Shown in pieces: positions 19,203 through 27,219 of a DNA stretch of 42,938 nucleotides (position 1 is its first letter; each line of letters begins with the position of its first letter). The notes below the pieces were generated by a model that saw only the letters and a program-made list of their open reading frames with translations, searched no databases and was not told the DNA's origin. Source of the stretch: Candidatus Zixiibacteriota bacterium (GTDB taxonomy: Bacteria > Zixibacteria > MSB-5A5 > CAIYYT01); assembly GCA_040235515.1 (NCBI GenBank), contig JBECKX010000086.1, forward strand, positions 1-42,938, read 5' to 3'. Both the position numbers and the translations under genes were made by a program.

Positions 19203-19253
19203 GTCAAGCTCTCCCGGGGCTTGACGGCGGGAGGTCAGACAATCGTGTCTGAC
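19203..19253. repeat. Two REP-like hairpins downstream of tnaA
   Basis: GTCAAGCTCT-CCC-GGGGCTTGAC (19203-19225) and GCGGGAGGTCAGACAATCGTGTCTGAC (19227-19253). Confidence 0.65.
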
Positions 19254-19319
19254 ATGAAGAGTCGTGGCGCGTAAAGATGAAAGACCCACCCTGTCTCCCG
19301 ATCATGACAAGTCGTGACC

Positions 19320-19791
19320 ACGGGTACCCCAGCCCTTGGGCTGGGTAGGTCTTCAATTCGGTTCTTGGCCCTAACCCAGGAGTTCCGCTACCGAGCATCG
19401 TGGCAGGTTACACGCTAACGCTGCAAAGCAGCGTCGTCGCAAGACCTGCCACAACCAAGCAGGGTAGGAGGGACCAGAGTGCTGTCGATGCCTCCGGCAT
19501 CGCGTCAGACAAGAATCTCTAACCTCCTGCATTCACTGCCCAAGGCGGCAGCTACACGGGTACCCCAGCCCTTGGGCTGGGTAGGTATTCAAATCGGTTC
19601 TTGACCCCAACCCAAGAGTTCCGGTACCGAGCATCGTGGCACGTCACACGCTAACGCTGCACAGCAGCGTCGTCGCAAGACCTGCCACAACCAAGCAGGG
19701 TAGGGGGGACCAGAGTGCTGTCGATGCCTCCGGCATCGCGTCAGACAAGAATCTCTATCCTCCTGCATTCACTGCCGAAGGCGGCAGCTAC
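19320..19791. repeat. 236-bp tandem direct duplication (19320-19555 and 19556-19791) built of stacked hairpins
   Basis: Both copies begin ACGGGTACCCCAGCCCTTGGGCTGGGTAGGT and end GGCGGCAGCTAC. They differ by scattered substitutions, with no indel seen. Confidence 0.95.
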
Positions 19792-20372
19792 CCCCGGCTC
19801 ACCGTAGCGTCGCCCAATCCAACCTTTGCAGTAAGCTTGATCCTGACGTCGGCGCTGCGGTAGTTGTCATCCTCATACCGTGCCTTTTTGCCGAATCCAT
19901 CTGTCTGTTTGCCGAAAATCCGACCCGATCCGGCGCCGATTTCCAAAACTGCTGATACCGGTACTCCAGAAGGGATAACTACGTCGAGATCACCCACTCC
20001 GAGGCTACAGTAAACGACATTCTCACCGGCATTCAGCGTAGTGCTGGTCAGGTCGACCGTAATATCGCCAACTCCCTGTTCAGCTTTCAGCCCGCCGGGA
20101 TCGACCGTTTCGGGGCGCAGGTGGACATCACCGACGGTCTTTTTGAACTCTTTGCCGGAGAAATGTGTCCAGGTGCGCGCATCAGAGAGGATTTCCTCCT
20201 TGTCACTTTTCCCGGTCGCCTTCTCATAAATCAGGTAGCCGCCGAGGATTATCAGCGCGACCGGCCAGGCGTCACCGATGAATTCAAAGAAATCAAAGTC
20301 AAACCAATGCAGGCTGTCTCCCAGGAACAGCACTCCTATTGAGACCAGAATCAATCCCCAGACTATCTGCAT
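19788..20372 (-). CDS. LiaF-like cell-wall-antibiotic response membrane protein (DUF5668 + DUF2154-type)
   Basis: N-terminal WGLILVSIGVLFL...WPVALIILGGYLI and C-terminal repeated GVGD beta-roll (VGDITVDL, GVGDLDVVIP). GGAG SD. Confidence 0.78.
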   Translation of the reverse strand: MQIVWGLILVSIGVLFLGDSLHWFDFDFFEFIGDAWPVALIILGGYLIYEKATGKSDKEEILSDARTWTHFSGKEFKKTVGDVHLRPETVDPGGLKAEQGVGDITVDLTSTTLNAGENVVYCSLGVGDLDVVIPSGVPVSAVLEIGAGSGRIFGKQTDGFGKKARYEDDNYRSADVRIKLTAKVGLGDATVSRG

Positions 20373-20472
20373 ACTCCCTCCAGTTTTCCACTAGCACCGC
20401 AATCGCGCTGCTCCACTCCTCGACAATATCATCAAATATCTATCCTGAACCAACTGCCGGGAAGGAAATCCC

Positions 20473-20501
20473 TTGACCTTATCCCACGTGCGGAATACCT
20501 T
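20473..20501 (+). promoter_or_regulatory. Putative sigma70 promoter of argF
   Basis: TTGACC - 17 nt - TACCTT. Confidence 0.55.
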
Positions 20502-20590
20502 CTCCGCGATTAGAAATAGCCACTCAATTGCCACGATGCGGCGGCATCTCCCCGGCGTTCACCATCGTGCGCACATAAGGAGAATACCCT

Positions 20591-21511
20591 ATGAAACGTG
20601 ATTTTGTTGCCGAAACCGACTTCTCCACCGAGGAGATCGAACAAGTTTTTGCGCTCTGTCGCGAAATGAAAACGGGCGAAATCGCCCCGCAGCCGCTCGC
20701 AGGGCAAACGGTCGGCTGTATTTTCCACAAGGCCTCCCTCCGTACCCGCATCTCGTTTGAAGTTGGAATCAATCAGCTTGGCGGCAGTTCTCTCTATATC
20801 ACAGATAAGGAGATCGAGCTGGGTAAGAGGGAATCGATCTACGATGCGGCCAAAGTACTTTCCCGCTATCTCGCGGCGATCACAATCAGGACTTTCTCGC
20901 ATCAGGATGTTGTCGACCTGGCCAAACATGCAGATATCCCGGTCGTGAACGCTCTCACCGATCTGCTGCATCCCTGTCAGATCCTCGGTGATGCCTTTAC
21001 GATTATCGAGAAGGGCAAGTCGCTCGACGGCCTGCGCCTGGCGTACCTCGGCGATGGCAACAACATCACCAACTCATTCATCAACCTGACCCGCAGATTC
21101 CCGATCAATCTGGTGGTCGGCACCAACAAAGACACGTTACCCGACAAAGCCCTTCTTCAAGCGGCGCAAGAGGATGGCGTCGGCAGCGTGGAGATCGTTC
21201 ACAACCCTAAAGAAGCGGTAGAGGGTGCCGATGTAATCTATACAGATGTCTGGGCGAGTATGGGGCAGAAGCATCTGGCGGAGGAAAAGGCAGCGCTACT
21301 GGCTGATTTTCAAGTTAATGATCAGTTGGTCAAGCTGGCCAAGCCCGATTGCCTCGTAATGCACTGTCTCCCCGCACAGAGGAACGCTGAAATCACCGAT
21401 TCGGTGATGGATGGACCCAATTCTGTCGTGTTTGATCAGGCGGAAAACAGACTCCATATCCAGAAGGCGATACTCTTGGTATTGGTCGATGAAAAGAGAC
21501 TAAAAACTTAA
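20591..21511 (+). CDS. argF: Ornithine carbamoyltransferase
   Basis: SLRTRISFE, HPCQ, GDGNN, DVWASMGQ, HCLPA and FDQAENRLH. AAGGAG SD. Confidence 0.93.
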   Translation: MKRDFVAETDFSTEEIEQVFALCREMKTGEIAPQPLAGQTVGCIFHKASLRTRISFEVGINQLGGSSLYITDKEIELGKRESIYDAAKVLSRYLAAITIRTFSHQDVVDLAKHADIPVVNALTDLLHPCQILGDAFTIIEKGKSLDGLRLAYLGDGNNITNSFINLTRRFPINLVVGTNKDTLPDKALLQAAQEDGVGSVEIVHNPKEAVEGADVIYTDVWASMGQKHLAEEKAALLADFQVNDQLVKLAKPDCLVMHCLPAQRNAEITDSVMDGPNSVVFDQAENRLHIQKAILLVLVDEKRLKT

Positions 21512-21538
21512 GTCCACTATTCGTAAAGGAGCTTTGCT

Positions 21539-22363
21539 ATGCTGCGCCGCAGTACCATTGCAGGACTGGTTCTCCTGATGGCGGGTGCCCTGATTTTTGC
21601 AGGTTGCTCGTCGAGTTCTACAGATGCAAACAATAATATGGGTGATCCCGATTCTCCGGCGTTTCAGGCGATGAAGTCGGCAATCGCGATGGCTATCGAT
21701 TCAACGATCGCTATCTCGCTCGATTTCACGTTCAAGCCTGATCGTTACCCGAACGACGGAAACGTCGGCTACGACCGTCCGGAGTTGGGACCGAACGATT
21801 CGCTCCTTTACAACTACGTCGATAACTGGCACGTGCTGATCGTTGGCGGTACGAGTGCTTCCAACTATCAAAACACCTACGTTGACTCAGCCCGCTACTG
21901 GGAAGGCTCCGAGACCAAAGAACTGTTCCGCTGGGACCGCGTTACCAAGCTTGAACTGATTCACCATCAGAGCACCAGCTACACCGGCAGCAGCAGCGAG
22001 TACAACGACGTTGAAGCGTACGTCAACATGGATTTCGACAATTGGGGTCAGGCTGACCAGATGTTCTCCGGTGAAGCCCACGTAATGGTTGATATGCACT
22101 ATCTCGAGAGCCTGTCACCGCAGAACGATACTTATGAATTCGATATCGTTGCTGAAGATGTTGTCTATTCCAATCCGACCGATTACTCCTGGACCAGCTG
22201 CAGGGCGCTCGATGGTTCTATGACCATCACCGGTACCGTCACCGCCGATGGCGGCGTCGCTGAGTGGAGTGTGGAGGTCGAATTCATGGATGGCACCGCC
22301 AGCATCACCGCTCAGCAGGGCGAGATGGTCTACCATTACAATATGACTCCTGAGTATAACTAA
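21539..22363 (+). CDS. Hypothetical lipoprotein
   Basis: AAGGAG SD, lipobox FAGC and a beta-rich mature part. Confidence 0.75.
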   Translation: MLRRSTIAGLVLLMAGALIFAGCSSSSTDANNNMGDPDSPAFQAMKSAIAMAIDSTIAISLDFTFKPDRYPNDGNVGYDRPELGPNDSLLYNYVDNWHVLIVGGTSASNYQNTYVDSARYWEGSETKELFRWDRVTKLELIHHQSTSYTGSSSEYNDVEAYVNMDFDNWGQADQMFSGEAHVMVDMHYLESLSPQNDTYEFDIVAEDVVYSNPTDYSWTSCRALDGSMTITGTVTADGGVAEWSVEVEFMDGTASITAQQGEMVYHYNMTPEYN

Positions 22364-22394
22364 CGAATACTCTCGATCGCTGATCAGATCACTC

Positions 22395-22426
22395 AAGGCC
22401 GTTCCGGTTCACGGGACGGCCTTTTC
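22395..22426 (+). terminator. Rho-independent terminator
   Basis: AAGGCCGTTCC...GGGACGGCCTT followed by a T-rich tail. Confidence 0.75.
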
Positions 22427-22428
22427 AT

Positions 22429-22457
22429 TTGACATCAGTCGAGGATCGCGGCATAAT
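22429..22457 (+). promoter_or_regulatory. sigma70 promoter of the thioesterase (predicts a leaderless mRNA)
   Basis: TTGACA - 17 nt - CATAAT, with the ATG beginning 7 nt after the -10 box. Confidence 0.7.
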
Positions 22458-22463
22458 TGACGC

Positions 22464-22904
22464 ATGAGTGAACAGGAAGTCGCCAAGTACAACAACTGCT
22501 TCGTCTGTGGCCCACACAACCCCACCGGCCTGAATCTGAAATTCACTTTCGATGGCAAACGCGCCCACACCAGCTACCAGCCGGGTGCCTCCTTCGAGGG
22601 CTACAAGGGAATTCTCCACGGTGGGATCATTGCCACCATCCTGGACGAAGTGATGATTAAAGCAGCGCTGGCGCAGGATATCATGTGCGTCACGGCGCAA
22701 ATGGATATCCGTTTCAAAGCACCGGTATTCCTCGGCAAGAACATCGAATTCAGTGGTGAGGTTACGGAAATCAAGGGTCGCATCATCACCACTTCCGGCA
22801 AGGCCGTCGACTCAGAGGGACGAGTCTTGGCAGAATCGAGCGGCAAGTATATGACGGTTTCTCCCCAGATGGAGCAGGTGCTTCAGCAGTCGCTTTCGGA
22901 ATAA
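22464..22904 (+). CDS. PaaI-family hotdog thioesterase
   Basis: CFVCG..NP.GL.L.F, G.LHGGIIATILDE and VTA.M.IRFKAPV. Confidence 0.9.
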   Translation: MSEQEVAKYNNCFVCGPHNPTGLNLKFTFDGKRAHTSYQPGASFEGYKGILHGGIIATILDEVMIKAALAQDIMCVTAQMDIRFKAPVFLGKNIEFSGEVTEIKGRIITTSGKAVDSEGRVLAESSGKYMTVSPQMEQVLQQSLSE

Positions 22905-23126
22905 TCCTTCACCCGGGCTATCTCTCACGTCCACAAAACACGCAATACCGGTGTCGTTCCGAGCACAGTTCTCTGCAAAGAATTGCATTGTCTGGAAGGG
23001 CCCTGTGACAGCCGGACAGGTTGTAGCCGAGCTGTTCACGCGCAGAGCAAACGTAAGTTCATACTTTCTTGCACGTTAGGCGGCCCCGGCCCGGAGGTCT
23101 CATGACCTCATTCGCCCGTTCTGAAA

Positions 23127-23142
23127 TGGCACACTCCTTGCA
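23127..23142 (+). promoter_or_regulatory. sigma54 (-24/-12) promoter
   Basis: TGGCACACTCCTTGCA matches TGGCAC-N5-TTGCW with the exact GG-N10-GC spacing, 27 nt before the ATG at 23169. Confidence 0.75.
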
Positions 23143-23168
23143 CTGTAATCAGTCTGCGAGGAATCACT

Positions 23169-23654
23169 ATGAAATGCTACTTCTACGGGACAAATCTCCA
23201 CGAGCAAAAGCTCGTCTCTAAACAGGGGCTGATTTCATTTGCCATACCAGACTACGGCGTTCTCTTCCGCGCGCAATACATCGGCAATCGCTATGAATGC
23301 GAGTACGCGGCGGGCATCGCGCTGATCCGCTTTCTGCAGTTGAATGCGGAGCACTTCAAGAACAAAGCAGTCACTCTGATGACCGACTCGCCGATCGTCG
23401 TCTATCAGGTGAACAACAAGTTGGCGGCGATCAACTCGTTGCAGAAATTCCGCGATCTGTTTCTGTACTACAAACGCAAGTTGAACTTCGAATTGCAGTG
23501 GGTTCCGACCAAGATGAACCGCGCCGAGATGGGGCTGGAGGGACTGGCGATCAACAAGAATTCTCCCAAGTTCAACTTTGACATCTTCGAAGAAAGCACC
23601 CGCCGCAAGTCGCGAACGCAACGTCGCGCAGATGAAGGCATACAGATTTCTTAA
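23169..23654 (+). CDS. RNase H-like fold protein, probably catalytically inactive
   Basis: ECEYAAGI, VTLMTDSPIVVYQVN and FELQWVPTKMNRAE align with the RNase HI/RVT_3 pattern, but the first-strand DG reads YG. GAGGA SD. Confidence 0.65.
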   Translation: MKCYFYGTNLHEQKLVSKQGLISFAIPDYGVLFRAQYIGNRYECEYAAGIALIRFLQLNAEHFKNKAVTLMTDSPIVVYQVNNKLAAINSLQKFRDLFLYYKRKLNFELQWVPTKMNRAEMGLEGLAINKNSPKFNFDIFEESTRRKSRTQRRADEGIQIS

Positions 23655-23854
23655 AGCAAAACAGGGGCATGATCGCGCTTGAAAAGGGATATTCATTCGA
23701 TCTTTGATCTCGAACGGGCGTAAAACCTCGATGAGGGAGAGAATCTACTCAGAAACTCTCAGGCGTGTACTTAAACACTTTCAGATAGATAGTTTTCTGA
23801 TAGATTGCCCTACTCGATAGATCCGGCAGGCAGAATTCACTCATTGGTGGGAAT

Positions 23855-24991
23855 GTGACAGTGCGCAGCTACCGTTCGATAAGCTATTTCACAGATTTGT
23901 TGATGTTGATGATACTGGTTGTGTCTGCATCCAGTCTCCAGGCACAGAGCGACGCAGTCGTCTCTCCACAGTTGATCGATGAAGCGCAATTCGAGGAGTT
24001 TCGTCGTATGTGGGGGGCTCCTGACGGTGCCTTCTACCTGATGGAGCGTGGTGGCTGCGAGATTCGTACCTATCCCGACAAGAAGGCACGTACCATCAAG
24101 CTGCAGGGCAGTCGCAAGCTGATCTCTTCAGAGAGGGGTAACTACTACGGTGTGATTCGGTACAATAGTTTCTCACCGTCGTCGCTCAGCATCAGCGACA
24201 TCACGATCTATAGCCGATCGGGTGAGAAGCGATACACCATCGACAAGCCGGACTGCACGGCATTCGTTATCTCCGATGAAGGGCCATCCGTCGTCGGCAT
24301 CTCTGGCGCGGAAGGTCTGGGTGAAACCCGCTTGAAGTTCTACAATTCCAGCGGCAAGCTGGTGGGGACAACCGCGGTCAATGGATTCTTCAGCCCATCG
24401 TTTTCCGCTAATGGGGAATACTTCTACGCGCTGAGTGAAGGGGGAACGTTGGTGAAATTCAGCAGCAGCGGCAAGCGTCTGGAGGATGTTGTTCGCTGCC
24501 GCAGGTACTTCCTCTCCGACAACGGCGAAATCGTGGCGGCGTACAACGATACGATCCTTACAATAGTAACCTCTGCTGACAATTCGTTAGGGCTGTCGGT
24601 GAAGGGCGCGGAGCTGCGCGACGTGAAATTCTCTCACGATGGTACTCGGCTGGCGATGCTCTCATCCGACCGCCTCGAACTCTTCGACCTGGTTGACCGC
24701 CAGATGGTAGGGGAATACCGCAGCGAGGATACAACCTATCAGTTGCTGCATTTGGCCGCAGGGAGCAACCTCAATTCGCTGGTGGTATCAGCAAGCAACG
24801 CCGGGGCAAGCCCGGAGGTTCGTCATAGAGAGGGAAAACTGCTGCTGTTCGACGGCTTCGCCCGCAAGCTGTGGGAGGATGATCTTTCCTACACGGAGTG
24901 GTCGATTCGTTATCCCGAAGTGCGGATGAATCGTGATGGCGATCTGTTCTCAGCCCTCACCGCCAACGGCCTGAAGGTTTATCAACTCTAG
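23855..24991 (+). CDS. Secreted WD40-like beta-propeller protein
   Basis: Signal peptide and repeated FS.DG/S.NG blade motifs (FSANGEYF, LSDNGEIV, FSHDGTRL). Confidence 0.6.
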   Translation: MTVRSYRSISYFTDLLMLMILVVSASSLQAQSDAVVSPQLIDEAQFEEFRRMWGAPDGAFYLMERGGCEIRTYPDKKARTIKLQGSRKLISSERGNYYGVIRYNSFSPSSLSISDITIYSRSGEKRYTIDKPDCTAFVISDEGPSVVGISGAEGLGETRLKFYNSSGKLVGTTAVNGFFSPSFSANGEYFYALSEGGTLVKFSSSGKRLEDVVRCRRYFLSDNGEIVAAYNDTILTIVTSADNSLGLSVKGAELRDVKFSHDGTRLAMLSSDRLELFDLVDRQMVGEYRSEDTTYQLLHLAAGSNLNSLVVSASNAGASPEVRHREGKLLLFDGFARKLWEDDLSYTEWSIRYPEVRMNRDGDLFSALTANGLKVYQL

Positions 24992-25153
24992 TCTTTTAAG
25001 TCGGATGTTCTTAAGGGGGAGAGGTCGAACTGGAATACTCCGTGATGAGCTACGACACTTCAGGCACTCAGCGGAGCAGCGGAAGATCGAACAATACTCC
25101 ACGAGGCGACAACGCACACCTGAGATGAGCCGTTTATCTCCTGCCACTAACAC

Positions 25154-25180
25154 AAAAACGACGGTCGGTTGACCGTCGTT
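25154..25180 (-). terminator. Rho-independent terminator of rpsT
   Basis: Perfect stem AACGACGGTC-GGTT-GACCGTCGTT with an A-run on its left, which is a U-tract on the minus strand. Confidence 0.75.
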
Positions 25181-25273
25181 AGTTGCATGCTTTGAGCAAT
25201 TGTGTTGAGCAATTGCGTCCAGTGCATCAGTCACAAACTGACACTCTAATGCACCGGTTCAGCAGACAGATTT

Positions 25274-25531
25274 TTAGTTGGTTTCTGACTTCTTATTAAT
25301 CATCTTCGCCAAACGACTTTTCTTGCGGGCAGCGGTATTCTTATGGATGAGGTCTTTCTTAACCGCGCGGTCGATTAGCGAAGTCAACTCACGAAGATCG
25401 CTCTGGGCGTTCTCGCCACCAGCCTCAACTCGCTTGATCTGGCTGCGGATGGCAGATCTGACTGCCCGGTTACGCGAACGCGCCTTCTGTGATTGACGAT
25501 GTCTCTTTTCGGCTGACTTGTTATTAGCCAA
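25274..25531 (-). CDS. rpsT: 30S ribosomal protein S20
   Basis: ANNKSAEKR...RNRAVRS...IDRAVKK.LIHKNTAARKKSRL. TTG start preceded by GGAGGT. Confidence 0.97.
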   Translation of the reverse strand: MANNKSAEKRHRQSQKARSRNRAVRSAIRSQIKRVEAGGENAQSDLRELTSLIDRAVKKDLIHKNTAARKKSRLAKMINKKSETN

Positions 25532-25589
25532 ATTCATTACCTCCAAATTCCAAAGACCCGCAAGATATAGTTCCGAAAGGATTTGTCAA

Positions 25590-27167
25590 TTGGAAAGTGC
25601 GCCGCAGCAAAAGAGCAGTCTGATGAAATCCGCGGGCGTGGTTTCCAGCGCCACCCTGGTCTCGCGCGTCCTTGGCCTTGTGCGCGAACAGGTTACGGCC
25701 TATCTTTTTGGGGCAGGGGATATGGTCGACGCTTTCAAATCGGCGTTTCGTATCCCGAATCTGCTGCGCGATATGTTTGCCGAAGGCGCTCTCTCCGCTG
25801 GGTTCATCCCGATTTTCAGCGAAAAAATGCGAATCCACGGCAGAGACGAAGCTATGCGCTTTGCCGGATTGGTTTTCGGCGCGCTCACCGCGATCGTCTC
25901 CGCAGCGGTCTTGCTCCTGATCTCGATCACCCCGGAGATCGCCGGCGTGATTGCCGAGGGCTTCGAGCAGGTGCCGGGGAAACTGGCAGATACCATCCAG
26001 ATGGCGCGTGTGATGATGCCGTTCCTGTTGATGGTTTCACTGGCGGCGATGCTGATGGGGGTGCTCAATTCTCTCGGGAAGTTCTTCATTCCTGCGCTGG
26101 CGCCAGCCCTCCTCAATCTCGGAATGATCATCTGCGGAGTAGCACTCTCGACGGTGGTTGATCCGCCAATCCTCAGTCTCGCGATCGGCGTACTGGTCGG
26201 CGGAGCGGCGCAGTTTCTGATACAATATATCGCGTTGCGTAAATCGGGATTTCGGTTCCACCTCGCCTTCGATCTGATCAACCCCGATCTCCTGCGGCTG
26301 TTATTGCTCATACTGCCGACCACAATCGGGCTGGCGGCCACGCAGATCAATGTCGCAATCATCAATCGACTTGCCTCCGCCGATTCCGGGGCGGTGTCAT
26401 ATCTCGATTACGCCTTCAGGTTGCTCCACCTGCCACTGGGACTCTTCGCAGTGGCGATTGCGACGGTCGCCTTACCGCGCTTGTCCAGCGAGGCGGCGGC
26501 GGGCAACACCGATGAGTTCTCTCGCATTCACACCTCCGCGCTCAGGCTGGGCCTGTTCCTGAGTGTCCCGACGATGGCCGTGATGCTCCTGCTCCCCACC
26601 GAGATTTGCGCCGGAATCTTCCAGTATGGACGCTTCTCCGCCGAGGACTCGCTCCAAACCGGTAATGCGCTGATGATGTATGCGGTGGGCTTGCCATTCT
26701 TTACATTGGTGCGCATAACCGTGCCGGCGTTTTATGCGGTGAAGGACACACGCACGCCCGCGATAGTCTCGATCTTCAGTGTGGCCGTAAATATCTTTCT
26801 CTGCTTCCAGTTGCGCGACCAGTATGGTTTCGTCGGGCTCGCACTGGCCGCCTCGATCGCCGGGATCGTCAACCTCACCGCGCTCACCTACCTGCTGCGA
26901 AAGCGGATCTCCATCGAGGAGAACAACCAGGTTGCGATCAGCGGAATCAAGATCATCCTGGCCGCCTCGATTATGGCGCTGGCGATCTGGAGTGCCAAGA
27001 CCTACCTGATCGGCGGTTTGCTCGCCGGTACTCTCCACCACCTGGTGGAACTGTTGCTCCTGCTCACGATAGCTGCGGTCGTCTATTTGCTGTTTTGCCA
27101 CTTGCTCGGCATCGAGGAATGGCATAACTTGACCAAAGGAATTGCCCGCAGGTTACGCGGTCGTTAG
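25590..27167 (+). CDS. murJ: Lipid II flippase MurJ (MviN)
   Basis: SRVLGLVRE, AFRIPNLLRDMFAEGALSAGFIP and RL..LPLGLF, with many TM helices. Start at TTG 25590 (AAGGA upstream) or ATG 25623. Divergent from rpsT. Confidence 0.95.
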   Translation: MESAPQQKSSLMKSAGVVSSATLVSRVLGLVREQVTAYLFGAGDMVDAFKSAFRIPNLLRDMFAEGALSAGFIPIFSEKMRIHGRDEAMRFAGLVFGALTAIVSAAVLLLISITPEIAGVIAEGFEQVPGKLADTIQMARVMMPFLLMVSLAAMLMGVLNSLGKFFIPALAPALLNLGMIICGVALSTVVDPPILSLAIGVLVGGAAQFLIQYIALRKSGFRFHLAFDLINPDLLRLLLLILPTTIGLAATQINVAIINRLASADSGAVSYLDYAFRLLHLPLGLFAVAIATVALPRLSSEAAAGNTDEFSRIHTSALRLGLFLSVPTMAVMLLLPTEICAGIFQYGRFSAEDSLQTGNALMMYAVGLPFFTLVRITVPAFYAVKDTRTPAIVSIFSVAVNIFLCFQLRDQYGFVGLALAASIAGIVNLTALTYLLRKRISIEENNQVAISGIKIILAASIMALAIWSAKTYLIGGLLAGTLHHLVELLLLLTIAAVVYLLFCHLLGIEEWHNLTKGIARRLRGR

Positions 27168-27219
27168 CGACTCAGCTAAATCACACACAGCGCACCGAAA
27201 CGGCTAAAGGAGGATCATC

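Noticed and set aside
19320..19791. Possible CRISPR or guide-RNA array
   Set aside because: Only two long near-identical units, no unique spacers, and no cas/tnpB/iscB gene in the window.
20735..20746. SLRT instead of STRT, suggesting an N-acyl-ornithine transcarbamylase
   Set aside because: The ornithine-binding DxxxSMG and HCLPA motifs are intact, so ordinary OTCase is more likely.
23731..23774. Glycine-riboswitch-like words (GGAGAGA...AAACTCTCAGGC)
   Set aside because: The central CCGAAG/GCAA core and P2/P3 stems are missing. It is explained by a simple GAGAG/CTCTC hairpin, and the downstream gene is unrelated to glycine.
25192..25215. 11-bp direct repeat TTGAGCAATTG x2 in the rpsT 3' region
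   Set aside because: Two copies only, between convergent genes, with no supportable function.
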